64,000 nucleotides of DNA from Marsupella aquatica (lineage: Eukaryota > Plantae > Marchantiophyta): positions 25,505,233-25,569,232 of the forward strand of contig OZ316892.1 of assembly GCA_973895155.1 (NCBI GenBank), given 5' to 3'. The notes below the pieces were generated by a model. That model searched no databases, was not told the origin of the DNA, and saw only the letters and a program-made list of their open reading frames with translations. The translations under genes and the position numbers were made by a program. Shown in pieces: positions 1-13,939 of the stretch. Each line of letters begins with the position of its first letter. The stretch's first letter is position 1.

Positions 1-3000
1 AGCGCGAGCACGTGATCGCGTCTTAGAAGCCCTGTAAACAGTTGCCCAAAAGTTTGGCTCAGGTAGGGCTTGGGCACTGCGATCTGATCCAGAACTCTCA
101 CTTGGTTTCCTTCTGCGTTATCATAGAGGACCTTGCCTCCTGAAATCAGTTGCTCGACGATAGACACTGTGCTCCGATTAAAGAATGACGCATACCTACA
201 TCGAAAGTTTACCTTGTAAGTAAGCACTGAACCCTTACGTGTAAATTTGCCTCAATTTTGAAGTATCCCTGACATTGGATGTGCCAAAGTACCTCTAGTT
301 ATTTTGAATCTTCAGGGTTTGGAATTCTAAAATTGCAGAATGTGAAGCGGTACTTAAGTAAAATCTTAAAGTTCTTCTCATGGATCTGTTTGGAAAATGA
401 GAAAGCAGATGCAGGTGCAAAATAACTATTTACAAAGTTTTATATAATTTATATAATTCCATAAAATGACAGTAAACATAGATATGTTGATTCATCGATA
501 GTTTTGTAAGATTATGGATGAACGTGATCTATGATTCTTTGGGTTGCGATGGTGGTTTAACTTAAGAGTGCAGGACATTGAAACGAGAGTTTAAGCGAGG
601 GTATGTTAAGTACACAGATCTGTCATAAAATAGTGTCAAACTTTGATACCTTTGTTCAAGAAACTATCAACGAAACGGATGATTGAATATTGTTACGTAC
701 TGTACTATGCATATCAGTATTATTCGACGAGGACTTACATGAGGAACGCGAGTGTTTGAGGACAGAAGGTTTTCCCTTCGATATATGGTGGGGCAAATTG
801 AAATGTACCCACGCGATTTCGCTGGTACATTTCAGAAAAGAACTGGCGTTGATCAATGAACAGCTTCGGTCGAAGGTACTGAAATGCTGCCTCTTGTTGC
901 AATTCTACAATTATACGTTCTCTGACCGGCTTCAGCAGCCTTTCCACAGTAGCAGCGATTATTATGTTGTTTACATCCTGTGTGGAGGTTCCCGGAGCTA
1001 GTACTGTTTGTTCCGTATCATTGGCAACTTCTCCATGCTCATCGAAATGGCTACGAGATGTCAAAATCACCACTTTCACTGCATGCAAGAGTGGATGCAC
1101 GAACTGAATTTGTAAGTTTTGTAAGTGTACAAAGAGTGAATGGACAAGCCATCTAACTTTGAATACTTCTTTAACAAGAATAATGCATGCCTCGAATTGT
1201 GGATTGAAGGGTATTGCCACCCCGGCCAGAGAATAGTTCTGAAACCTCTTATATGCCTGGTTGTAGAACAAGATTCTGATTACATGACTCGGATTGTGGA
1301 TTGAAGGGCATGGACGCCGCTGCCAGAACAAAAAATTCCAACCTCTTATTACCTGCTTGTAGAACTCCTGCACGAACGAGATCCAGTTCGTAAATAGGAG
1401 ACCCCTGCACGAAGTACACCTCTTCGAACATTCCCACACACCCCCAGTCTGCGGCAGTTGGCTCACTGGGGTGCAAAATAACGATGGGTGTTAAGTTTGG
1501 GAAAAGTTCTCTGGAATGTGAACAAAAGTAAAAGAAGTTGACAGGCCATTGGCCTTGCATGCACACGAGAATATGCGATGTATTCAGTTTGACCATAGAG
1601 ACTGTATGGTTTTTCAGATGCTCTAAAATGTCATTTGCTCTTCTCTCCAAAATAGGTGGATCTGGTTTGTGTTCGTTGTTCAAAGGTGGCCAACTCATTG
1701 CCAAATCGATTGCCTCCTCCAATGAGCTAATTTGTTGGGGTTGGGGCTCGCTGGCATCGTCATCTGTATCCTCAGGTTTGGAGCTTGACGAAGACGAGTG
1801 GAGATTGAGGAAGTGGTTCTGCAAGTTGCTCACACTCTGGAGTAAACCTTGAGTGGGGCTGGATGTTCGTCTCTCCTTCTTGATCTCTTCTGCTCTGCTC
1901 ATGATGACTGTGTAGTCATTATTCTCCTCGCCCAAGCTGTTTCTGTAGCGCTTGCTTTTGACATGATGCAGTGATGCCATATCCGTTAGTCCAGAGCGCT
2001 TCTTACAGCTACTACAGGAACTTTTCATGTGCCTGCACCCTTCTGTTTTCCCCTTAGCAAATGTGCTTACTCTCTCTGCGGCCTCCAAGTTTTTGGCGAT
2101 GGCCATTCCTACATCAGTTGAGCCAATTACATGGCCTTTGGGGAATAAAATCACCTCCCGACCAGTTGGCACGTCGCTGACAATATCAAGACCAAAAAGT
2201 ATCACACCGAGCCTGTGATATACGAGTTCAGCAACCTGAAAGTCACAGAACTGATCAGTACAAATTGGTCTACTGGACCAGACTACAGTCCAAATTTCTA
2301 GGGTTTGTAATCAACATATGAAGTGGTCTACTTTAAAATGATGTCACTATTGGTTCGATTATCAGTGTCGATGGCCATTATGTGAAGGGATGATGTTGTT
2401 TGTTTAACTCAATACGTCCAGTAGTGTGTTTACTGACCTCCTCGAAGAGAAGCTCCTCCTTGTGGAAGTGTGTGGGTAGTAACACGGGGAAAACTTCTTG
2501 CTTCAAACCATGATAGTATTGCCTCAACCAGTTGCCTTTCTCTGGCTTACTCACCACTAATCCTTGTCGGAAAAGATTCACCAAAAAAGTGGAAAGTCCT
2601 TGTATGTGGCAGCTGAGTCCAAATAACGAGCTAGAGTGTCAAGAAGACTAAAGAAGGGAAACGTTGTCCAGTTCTGACTTCTTGACATTTCAAATTAGCT
2701 TCATGAATATCAGTACTTCGGCGCTTCTTAACCTAAGCTTATAAACTTAAGCACAGTTAAATATGTCATAAGGCTCGCTACAGTCTGTAGAAACAACATT
2801 ATATGGTCATGCTTTGTCATCATCAAGGTTTGGCAACCACAACTACAGGAATGAGAGTAAACAACAGGATCTACGGTAGGAATGATGTTTGCGGGAACAA
2901 TTGTGTCACGATATCTCATGAGATATGTCACCTTCTGGAGAGAAGTTTGAATCGAATAGCCTCGGGGCAAATGATTTCAATGCCCTGATCAGCATCGTCC

Positions 3001-6000
3001 CAGATGGCATTCGTTCTCTTCTCAGGCTTCAATAATTCCACTATCACCCTCATCTGAGACCCACAGTGTCGATGTACTGCCAGTGTGCGCAAGATCTGCG
3101 TGGCATCCTCTGCATCGGGATCCTGTACTCATTACACGTCAAAATTCGAGACCATGAAACAAAGCTTTTAATGAAAATCCAATTGATACTGGATCAAGTT
3201 TTCCAGGGTAAGGTATCCTCATGGGTTCCTTGCAAAGCCAAGTATCCATGTGAAGTTTAGAAAACGCTACTGGGATGACAAGCATTATTGATGAAAGCTG
3301 GGGATGGCCACCTGAGCATGCTGATCTGCTATTAGGAAAAACGCAGATGCCACCTTCGCTCCAACACGATCGAGGTCAGAATCCTTCAACGGACTGCCTT
3401 GAATAAAATCAACTCGATGTTTGTAGTGTGCCAACAACGTCTTCAGCTCGAATCTAACGAAGAAATTATAAGATGACTTAGTGCATCAATTCAATCATTG
3501 ATCATTGAACTAAATCTTGAACTATCTGTAAGGTGAAAAGATCAGTGAAGCGGACGTCATGGGTTTGACGCTATCATTTCTAGAGAACATGATCACCTTC
3601 ACAGTGATAGAATCAATCGTGCAGATGTATCGAGATCTAATGTGACCGAATTCTTGAGCTGGCTGTGCTTTAACAGTAGAAGACTCGAACTTGGCATGTT
3701 TGGCGAAAGAAATATCTTACGACGGTTTAAAAGGAGCCATAAGTACCACGCGGAGAGGGAATGCAGCCATATCTGAATCAGCAGAATACGTCTCCAATAA
3801 ATTAGTTGACAGACGTTTCTCACAAATTTAGTCTTGCAGGGTCATCGGTTTCAACCTTTTCTGCTCCAGATCTCGTATGTGGCACACATAGCTCAGAGCA
3901 CTCGGTCATGTGATTCTGGGGCCAATTTGACGAAGCCTGAGAACTCACTTTCCTATTAAGCCAGTCTGAAAATATTACTACAATAAAACAAGTTTGTGTC
4001 AAATCTTAGTTCAGAGTTCCTACACTAGAATGTCGTAGTCCCGCACCTTTATCATGATTGGGATGGTAGAATTCGGAAAGAAAATCCTGTACAGTTCGGA
4101 ACGACAGGTTTCCGCTTACAATTATGAATCGAGATCCCACAACCTTGTTGACAGCAAAATACCCTCCGTACGGTCTGAGAGCATCATCCGAGTGTACGTT
4201 TGAGCGGCCATTCATCAGATCCAATAGAAGCTAAATTACTCCAAGACTTTCAATACATGTTATTTTTTACAAATTACAATCAATCCGGCTGACACTACCG
4301 GAAGGTACCTGAACCACTTTGACCATTCGCGAAGGATCAGTTTTGGTGGTGTATAAGGATAAGCATATTCGGGTACCTGGTACTTACCGTCGGGATGCAA
4401 GCTGCAAAATGTTGTTCACTTGAACTGGAAGAATTATGAGGGCTGTCACTATTGCCAAGATTGCAATAACTCGGCCCCAATCTGAACGAGGAGTGATGTC
4501 TCCGTAGCCCACAGTTGAGATCTAAAGAACATCACGCAGCATATCATAAAAAGAAGAAGAAGGCTGGCTGGGCGAGAATTTCAAAGTTAATTAATTCAAT
4601 TACAACAATCTGCTACTTACCGTAACAATCATGAAATAGAAGGCGCCAAAGAATGTGATGCAGCCTTTTGGGCTACAGTTATTTGCTTCTTTAAACTCAA
4701 CTGGGGTTGCCATGTAGTCAACCCACTGCAACAACCCAGCAGCAATGAATACTGCAGCGAAGGAAGATTCATCAGTATGGGACTACGAAACATTGTTACG
4801 AAATGAAAAGGACTTCACAAAATGGATCTAGTCATGCTTCTGATTTGCACTCATAGATTTCGAATCGTAGTAAAGTACGAATTTCCCCGACTCGATTGTT
4901 GATTAATACATTAACAACATTATGGCATCAATTCCGACCACAGTATTTTTAAATTCATGACCAATCATGACAGCAAAGCCTCTGATTAAGCAATAAGGTA
5001 ATAAGTCTTGTAACACTTACTCACACCAAATGCGTATACAACCAGCCGGAAAATCTGTTGTCCGATGGTTGCTCCCGTAAGACCAACCGATGTTAGCATC
5101 GGCATGATTCTGTTCAACCAAACGTTTCCCTTCGGTCATGATCAGGATTTGAATGGCGTTCTACTGCCCCCAGTCTTGTCTCGAGTCTTGTGTGGTGGGT
5201 GTTGACTTGTTTGGGATTAGAAGAAATTGAGTTGTAGAGTATCCTTTTAACTATGGCGATTGGGATTCACTTTAGCAAGAAAGACCCTTCACAGCATACC
5301 AATGAAATTCCATATCAAGGAGCACTGAACTCGACTTTTCATGGTAATTACTTTCTGCAGGTTTTTGCAGGATGATATCCCATGCAATTCCACTGTGAAT
5401 TTATCTCTCTCTGAAGGCAACTCGTTATGTCAACTGCCTTGGCTACCATCGAGCCAAAATTTCTTCTCGCTGTTAGCAAGGAAATCCTATGAATAGATTG
5501 AGAGCCCCCCAAGTCCATGCAGCCACGCTGACTTTCTACAATTCTGATGAAAAGTTTCGACTTGTGCATTTACCTTAAAACTCGAAGGAACAGAAGAATC
5601 TCAACTCCGAAATTCTTTTCGCGGCTGCAGTTATCAAGATGTGAGCGTCAGCTAATAGTCACGTTCAGGAGTCGACAATGAAGCCCTGACGCCAGAAAAC
5701 CAGTCCTACTTTCACATTACTTTAGCCAGACATTCTAACATCTTTAAGAGCCTTCTTGAAACATAGGTTGATGACGACATTTCTCGACTCTAATCATGCG
5801 ACACCCCTACCCCTATGCTTAGACACGAACATGGAGAACATGATGTGGAATTGGATCATGAGATTCTGTTATTGCAATAACTGTTGGCAAATGCATCTGT
5901 TGTATGTGTCCTAACATACATATTGAGCTAAGTGTGTTCCCAAAATTCATAGTGACTAGCACGGCTTGCGCTGTTCAATGAGTTCCGGACCGATTTTCAG

Positions 6001-7529
6001 TCAATTCTAATGCAGAATCAAGCTGACTTCATACCTCCAAACAAAAACGACCGGTATAACGCTGACAAGATCGACAATTCCAGTTGCTGAAAACATGTAG
6101 TAAAGCCGAACAGGAGCACTAGAGAGTAAACAAAGGAAGTCACTGTTAGTAGTCATGGGTAAATGTTAAGCTCATGAAGATGCAGCACGAAATCATGTTT
6201 ACGGTGATCTTTCATTGACAGAGTCCTAATCAATGAAACAGCATTTGGAATTCGGATTTAATTTTATTGGGAGGACTGAGCTCCCACCTGTACAGATTTA
6301 CAAAGTAATCCACCAAGAAGAAAACCCCACAAACAGTCTCCACAATTGTAATATATACCGGAACGTTGATTATATATCTGCAGTTCAAATCACGAAGGTT
6401 CAAAACGGTACTCTCTACATAGCCCTTCCAAATCTCGATTCCAGCAGATTAAGGTAGTGCCGGACAGGGCAACATTGACATTCTGCGTCGGATGCGATAT
6501 ATTGGTAGGGTTTTTAGAGACAATAATGTTATTCTACAAGTGACAAAGCTAATAAGTGAGAGAACGTTACGTTGATCGAACGTAAATTATGACTGATATC
6601 AACGCCGCTGTGAACTCCAGCTGCAAGAGAGCACGATGCAGCCGTTGAGCTCATCAGTTTGGCTTTTATAGGAACGAATGTTGTATGGTCAGTTTCAGAG
6701 TTATACTGCTTAGAGGCTATTGTACCATGACAAATTCAATTGCACGCAGGATGGCTCTCAAGGCAAACTGCACAAATAGTAGAAGCAAGACTGAAACTGT
6801 ACAAGTTAGCAAGTAGTTACCCAAATAAGTAGCGGGCGAAAGACACCCCCTCGGATAGCAGCTCTGACCTTGATGGTCAGTGGTACTTCAGCATATAGAA
6901 ATGAGTCATGGTACATCGCAAGGACATCCTGTACGACATTGTGAGTTTCTGTCTTTAGCAAAATAGTCTTAAACGGTGAAGTCATTGAAGTTCCTACAAC
7001 TCATATGGGGGCGTTAGCTTGAAGAACATAGGCAGAAAAGTAGCTCAATTTCATTGAATGTTTTTTAATTTTCTTCAAGGTTTTCCCATAGTTGAGACTG
7101 ACTTGTGAGTGGAAAGTATACCTTGCTGGCTTTGACCTTCTTGTCGCTGCCCCGCCTCTTGAGCCACAGGATACAGGCCAGAACTTTGTCTTCAGCTGTT
7201 CCCTTAAACTTTCCGATACTCGGGAATGGATTGTGGAGAGCTTTCACACTTTTTCTGTGGCCAGAAGCTCGCCGGTGATCTGCAGGAGTCAAGCTCGGCT
7301 CATCTTGAATAGTACATGAGCCCGAGGTTGAAATTGTTAGGAGGCGAGTTTTGGTGACTCCTCGGCGAAGTGCAGTGGATGTCCCCGGGGTGGCTCCAAC
7401 ATTTTCCAAGGTGGCAACTGAGACTTCGAGCCCTTCCGGACATTCGTCCTTCTGAATCTGTTCGTCCAGGGACTTGAGCTTGCTGCAGCGTGCAATCTCC
7501 TTACGAATGAGACTCCCCAATTTTCCCAT
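1..7529 (-). CDS. BK/Slo-like large-conductance K+ channel (6TM voltage-sensor/pore plus two RCK domains); multi-exon, 3' end runs off the window
   Basis: Spliced exons give S4-like LLFLRVLR|IMPML (5624-5574, then 5109 onward) and a pore helix/filter FYFMIVT|ISTVGYGDITPRSDWGR (TVGYGD at 4515-4498). RCK1-like segments: RFIIVSGNLSFRTVQDFLSEFYH, FIQGSPLKDSDLDRV, DAEDATQILRTL, SCHIQGLSTFLVNL. RCK2-like segments: HILVC, VYFVQGSPIYELDLVRAG, IIVEL, FAPPYIEG. GT-AG borders keep frame where checked. The start at 7529 is the first ATG of exon 1 (7529-7122) and is tentative. Confidence 0.9.
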
Positions 7530-10259
7530 AGTAGGATTCTTGCTATGAAATGCTACTGTGCGACAAACCTATTTTACGTGTGCAGTCTCCCTACCAAAGA
7601 GATTCCTGAATTTTCCACTTACTGCAGAGTATGAAACAGAATAGACCGTGAGACAAATCCCCTTGACATATAGATATGGATGAATATATGTCTCGACTGG
7701 ATTCAGTTTGTACAGATCATTTTTGAAACCAACATTGCCTATTGCCCATGCTTCCCTCTCAACTTTCCTACTTTGTGCCAATGGATCACACCGTGTACAC
7801 TGAGCGTGCAGATGTCTAATAACAAGTCTCTCAGCATAGGCGTGACTTCTCTCAACTCACTCTATCAGGACCTGTGAAGTGTACAACCTGATGATGTCCG
7901 TCGGCAAGGAAGTTAACATATACGCTCGAAGAAAATAGGCACATGAAGTAGGCAAACCTCCAGTGGTTCATTTTAGCTTGGTTCATCTTTAGCTTAGTTT
8001 CAGTACTAGCTAGCGAATTCCAGTCAAGTGATGACTCAAACCTGCTTTGACGACTTGGGGGTTCTTCAAAATCTGCAAGATCCATATCTTCAAGAGGGTT
8101 GAAAGGCCACTTCCGAGTCCCAGGTTTTTTGAGTGCCCACGGTTCCCTTGGTTGCTTTGGTTGCAGTTGTGATGGCGAGAAATTCTGTTACGTTGTCAAC
8201 TTTGGAGTCGCAATTTTTCTTTTCCAATTGCTCACGCCAATGCCTTCTCGGAAACTTGAAGAAACGAGACAAAAATGGTGATATTGTACCTCTTTTTTGT
8301 GTGGCGCATCCTCACTGATTCTCAATCATGATCAGCGCCAAATAAATGTCCACTTTATACCACCGACATTGACTCGGACGCCAAGCATTGCAACCAAGTG
8401 AAATTCTGGTACCATATGCGATGGAAGGAGGAGACCTTCAGTCGATTAGGCGTTTTTCACAAACATTTCCAACGAAATTGAAAAGCATCTCTCGTGCCCA
8501 TAAATCAAGCATATCGTTCTCTCAAAATGTATCGACAAACTTCGACAGCCACGATGAACAGTTCGTCTATGAATGATCGATTAGCCAGCCATCGTTATGG
8601 ACATTGGAGAAGAATTTCGTTCTCTGGGCTCGATTCCGAAAACTGACTTATGTTCCCTTCGCTGTAAACTTTCCGCCAAAATCAGCACTTCTAAACCTTG
8701 AAGAGCACGAATCTTACAAGTACGTCAACATGCTAACGAGCTGATAACAAGGTCGGTGGGTAATAAGTCGACGTGAATTCAATTTGGTCGAACTTGTCCT
8801 CCGTGTACTAAGCGGTCGACCAGACTTCCTAGCGCCATCGACAAAACCGCGAAAATCTGCACTGCGCAGCACAAGGAGTCCGACAGGTCGATCGATGATC
8901 AATCAGGCCATTCACGCTGAATCTTGGCTCTGCGCACAGCATTTAAAAACCCTTTACGATAACCTATCTCCATCGTATTCAATCGACGTTCGTTACAAGC
9001 GCCGGGAAATTATCCTCTGAAATACCGGAACGTACACCCACAAATTTCCCGTTGCAGTCCACCGTCCACAAGTTTCAGTTTCCTTGTTCTCGGCAGGGGC
9101 ATGGAGGACCGGACAGTGTCTGGAGGAGGGGATGAAACTGATCTCACGAGAAATTCCCTTCCCTACGCGACTTCAACCTTCAAGCGCGCCCAGCTCTGTG
9201 CTGCACTGGTGCCCCGACGGATGACTTGCAGACCTGGATTGGGACGATCTTTACGTTAAAAGACTAACAACTTCGCAGCACATTAGTCTTTGAGTCTGAA
9301 AGAATTTTCTTGGAAGAGAAAGGTTTCAATGGGTAACCAATTCGAGGAGAAATCGACAGCGAGAGGAAGAAGACGGAAGGGCAGGAAAGAAAATTCTTTC
9401 TGCACGGCAGAAATAGAGCAGAGAGTTGTAAATCTGTTGAAAGTGTTTGTGGCACTGTGACAAGATCACAGGTTTGTTACCGTCCGCTATTCAGAACCGC
9501 ACAGTACCGCAGTCACCGTACCGGCCACTGGACTACCGATTCGGTTAGCGCAACTTTCGCAGCGCAAGGATCAGCAATCTTCTTGCCATGCGCATAAAAG
9601 AGGGATTCGTTTGGTTAAAGAACGAAAACCTTTGTTAAAACAAGAAGACAGGCTATCAATCAAGACACCACATGTTTTCATGGTCACAATGTCTATTTCT
9701 GATTGACAGAAGGATGTTTGAACATTCGGTCATCTGAATTCTATAAATAATTCTGTAACCCCAACTTGATACAAATGTTGATCGCTGAATGCATTCCTTG
9801 ATGATTACAAGTTTCAAAAAGAGTAATCACTCAAATTTCCCCGGTTGTTCCCAGAAGGCAGGGAGGGCATGGCGCTGGTAATCGAGGGAGTACAAAATTC
9901 TCAAGGCAGACGATCGTTTCTCTGACTCAGCACTGTTCTCTTATGAGTTACCAGTATGAGAGAACACAAATGAACAAATACTCGTTGATAATAATTATCA
10001 CTAATCTCACCAAATTTACAAACATATCCGAATGAGAACCAGTTGAAATGTTCTACAAATTTCGCAATCGTTCAACAGGAATTCCTCCCTTCTGAAGACA
10101 AACTCTCCACTACCTTCTCCTCTCGTTTCAGCAGCAAAGCGTCGCTCTGCTTATCAATCGCTGCTACATTGTCAGTACCCAATGGACAATTATACAATTT
10201 ACAACGACTCTCCTTTTCCTTTCGCAAGAGAATGACCACTGGCCTCGGTTTCGTTGAAT

Positions 10260-12583
10260 CTACTCATCGTGACCAATGTCTGACCCATCGTCTTTCTTGC
10301 TGGACACAGCTAGAGGCTCATCAGCATCGATCATCGGAGTGGTCTGATCGTCATCGCCTGAAATTTGACCCTTGAGGAGATCATTCCCACGCTCGTCTTC
10401 GTAGACTCCTTTCAGCTGGTTTGTGGCATCTCCGCTCTTGACAGTTGACGTAAGATCCGACACAGAGTCCCCTGTATTCTCCTTTGCTTTATCTGTCTCT
10501 TCTGATGCTTTCGAGGAAAGCTCAGCTGCTCTCTCAGAAACCCGTGTGGAGAAATCCCGACCAGCTTGGCTTGCCTTCGACAAGTTCTCTGAAACGGTCT
10601 CGTTCAGCTGGCCCAGAGGACCATCCTCGGACGTCACCTTGTTGTAATTTTGCTGAATCTCTTGACCCAACTGTCCCAGGGGGCTGTCCTCAGATGTGGC
10701 CTGGTTGAATTTTTCCTGAGCCTCATGACCCAATTTGGTTAGTGGATTTCTCTCATACTCAGGCTTCAATGAATCGGCAGCTTTCTTATCTTCCAAGTTC
10801 ACCTGTAGAATGTCCGAACGTTTCCGCGTGAATATTTGGCAAAAAGACTCGACCTTAAACTCCGTTGTTCAAACCTCATTGATTTACATCGATATAACAT
10901 ATGAATATCATAGAGCGTTGAGTGATAACACTGAGATTCAATTTGTCCCACAAGAACATGCAATTGGAGCCTGGTATCCAGCTAATGCATTTTTGCTCCC
11001 AGAGAAGAAAAAGATTCACAGAAATACCATCCATTAAACAACGATCCAAAATTTTCCTCCCAAGTCGCGCCACCCCCAACCCCCAATCCAAAGATATTGC
11101 TTTGATCCTCTTCACATCTCATTTTGTAGTTGTCCTAAAGAAGCCTGAAAGCGTCCTGAATTGCTGACATGATAAGCACTATTTCCAGATTTACATTCAT
11201 TCGATCGATTTCTTGTAGAGACAAACTTCGAACTTATGGACTTAGCCTCTGATTATAACAATGTTGACGGCATAGTCAAACAAGTTTCACAGATTAGGTG
11301 ATCACCTTATCCTAGTACATTCCCACTCTCTACGACAGTTCAGCAGAGCGGATGACACATGTGTAACTCACTTAGAAGAGCTCGTCAGTTCAATCTTTTC
11401 TTTTCGAAATACATTTCAAGCATCGGAAATGGAAGTGAAATGGCAGCATATATTGTTTTGCACTATTGAGCCCGGCACAAAAACAGGAGCCACCACGCAT
11501 GCTGCAATTAGTCCTGGGTATCTCGCACCTATAGCGATAACCGAAACAGGTCTGAAGGAAGAATGACACTTCTTGCGCAATGGGAAAACACGAAAAGGCA
11601 CTTCTTACCTGCAACTCCTCCCCAAATTGGGATGTCGAACCATGAATCTCAGTCAATTTCTTCTGGGCGGCCTCTGCCACTTGTGAGCTCACCTCCTTCG
11701 TTTCATCGGCTGCAATGTTGAAACTCTTCACCCTCTTACCAAAGGCCTCCTTGGCAACCTCAAGCCCTTGCCGAGCATTCTTTCTAGCAGAGTCAACACC
11801 CTCAGCTGCCCACTTGAGCACCTCGTACCCATCCCTCGCGGTTTCCTTGAGCTTCTCTTGCGCTTCTGCTCTGGTGCCGGGTAACTTGCCATCACCTGGA
11901 CTACTGGACTCTCCTTCAGGGAACTGCTCCTCCTTCACCAGATTCGCTTCCAACTCTTGTCGCTCCCCAAGATCCTCAGCTTTATCCTCCAGTTCCACTA
12001 TTTCGTCAGACACCGATCGCCCCAGATTGGCGGCGACCTCCTGTGCCTCCTCCTCCACATCGTGGAAAAAAGTCTCAGGATTCTCCACAGCCGAGTCCGA
12101 TGCCACATGCAGCGCCGCATCCTGCTCCGCCACTGGCTTTTCGGCGCTCTCATCCTCGGCCTTCAGCGTCTCCAGGAGTAATGCTGCAGCCACGGGCAAC
12201 TCTGTCGACTGCGACTGATCATCTGCAGAGTTTTGCAGCTCGTCGGCTTTCAATTTCGCGTTGCGGTCTTGACTTCCGGGGCCCTCGACGGCCTCATCCG
12301 ACGCAATCTCCCTCACCTTCTCTTCAATACCACCGCCACCGGTTGACTGTTCAGCTCTGATCTTGAATGGCATCCGAGAGCCATTGTAAGAAGGCTCCCT
12401 GCTGCTGCGCATAAATTTCTGACGGAGCTTCGACCGATCCACAACATGCAGCCTCGTCATGCTCGAGCTCTTCGGGAGAGCAGCAGATTGAGCCGAACAT
12501 CCTGCAGCGCTACTGCACGAGCACACATTCGCCGGCAAGCCGCTCCCAACAATCCGCGCCCCGCTTTGCATCAAGGCCTCCAT
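10260..12583 (-). CDS. LEA-like hydrophilic helical protein with probable chloroplast transit peptide (2 exons: 12583-11609, 10802-10260; about 505 aa)
   Basis: Phase-0 intron (CAG|GTAAGA ... TTCTACAG|GTG) joins the two long ORFs. The N-terminus is Ser/Ala/Arg-rich and ends ...PFKIRAEQS, like a transit peptide. The body is rich in A/E/K/D with LEA-like repeats (GQLGQEIQQNYNKVTSEDGPL; AAELSSKASEETDKAKE). Confidence 0.75.
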
Positions 12584-12626
12584 CTTGTACTATCAAAGGT
12601 TGCTTCAACTATTCTCGTCACCCTTA

Positions 12627-12955
12627 TTCTTCTTCAAATGCTGCAAAACTCTTCAACTGAATACCTCTGCTCCAAACAATTACAGAAGCAGTCTACACCT
12701 TTGGAACCAGCGATTTCAATCGATCAAAAAATGATCGAACAATCGACTTCAATCGATCAGACAAGTGAATGACTTGGGAGATAGAAACGCGAAACCCCTT
12801 CTTCTTCAAATGCTGGAAACTCTTCAACTGAATCCTCTGCTACTAACAATTACAGACGCAGTCTAACTTTGGAACCTGCGATTTCAATGAAAAGATCGAA
12901 CAATCGATTTCAATCGATCAAACAAGTGAAAGACTTGGGAGATAGAAACGCAAAA
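12627..12955. repeat. Tandem duplication, 2 x about 170 bp, upstream of the LEA-like ATG
   Basis: TTCTTCTTCAAATGCTG...GACTTGGGAGATAGAAACGC occurs twice with small indels. Confidence 0.9.
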
Positions 12956-12973
12956 TGAATCGACCAATTTGGA

Positions 12974-13593
12974 ACGTGTTTCGTCTCTCTTCGACCTCAG
13001 TCGCTCGAAGAGCACGGCATTCAGGTGCGATCAACGAGTGGAACCATTCACATTCACGAAGGGACTAAAATTGGCAGCTCGCTGCAGCTCATCGACACAA
13101 TTTACGAACCAATTCAATTCCTTTCTCTGATCGAAGGTCCGCCATTCTGCTCGACGTGTTCCGAGTGTACAGTCCTGTCATGTCCTGTCTGCGCCGAAGG
13201 AAAAACAAACGGCCAGCCAACGGCGCAACCGGAGCATTTACGATCTAACGGTTCTCTGTGGCCCTTCATACCAAATGATGTGTCTGGGCCGTCGATTGTG
13301 CCAACTCTGATGACGGTGAGTCATCACCGTCAGGGAGCCGACCTGGTGCACAATTGTAGTGCCTTCCAATGCGACGGTTTCGATGGTGTGCTTTAAAGCG
13401 GGGACGGATTTGGGCCGTCGATTGTTTTCTGAACAGGGTCTGGTTAGTGTATGCAATGGCGTGGGTGTTGACACATGTCATCCGTCTCGGCACACGTGGC
13501 GATTGAGGGGACTATGTGACTTGGCACTGGAATGCGTGTCATTTTAGAGGCATGTCCCTTGTCATGTCTGTAGACCTGAGTTGCATGCGTGTC
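12974..13593 (-). promoter_or_regulatory. Cluster of ABRE/G-box, CE3-like and RY motifs upstream of the LEA-like gene
   Basis: CACGTGGC at 13493-13500, ACGTGT at 12974 and 13154, GCGTGTC at 13534 and 13587, TGCATG at 13582. Confidence 0.5.
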
Positions 13594-13939
13594 ACCCGGT
13601 GGCAGCACATAAGCAAACTTTAAAAGATAATAATGCGGAGCTGTAGGCTGACAATAAAATAAGAGTAAACACTAAATCCAACAAAATTTCTGAACAACAT
13701 TATTTAAAAATTATATTTTCATTCAAAGAGTGTTTGGGGATCCTGTTACTTACACATTCCTTTAATTAAATGATAATTTCTGAAAGAACATCAGTTTGGT
13801 CGCCCTAAAAGTTTTCATGCAAAATTCATGCTGCTTTCTCATCTTCGGATATTTGTGTCAAAAAAGAGAAACAGGCCATCCCTTGTTTGAAAAGACATAA
13901 ATAGTAATCATATTAATAAATGGTCATTAGAAGTTAGAG

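Noticed and set aside
7852-8272. Two short minus-strand ORFs upstream of the BK-like gene
   Set aside because: They are in different frames, lack convincing splice links to exon 1 and show no homology signal; they may be leader sequence.
11715-12772. Plus-strand ORFs overlapping the LEA-like gene (likewise 16023-16986 over the unknown gene)
   Set aside because: Antisense shadows of GC-rich coding sequence.
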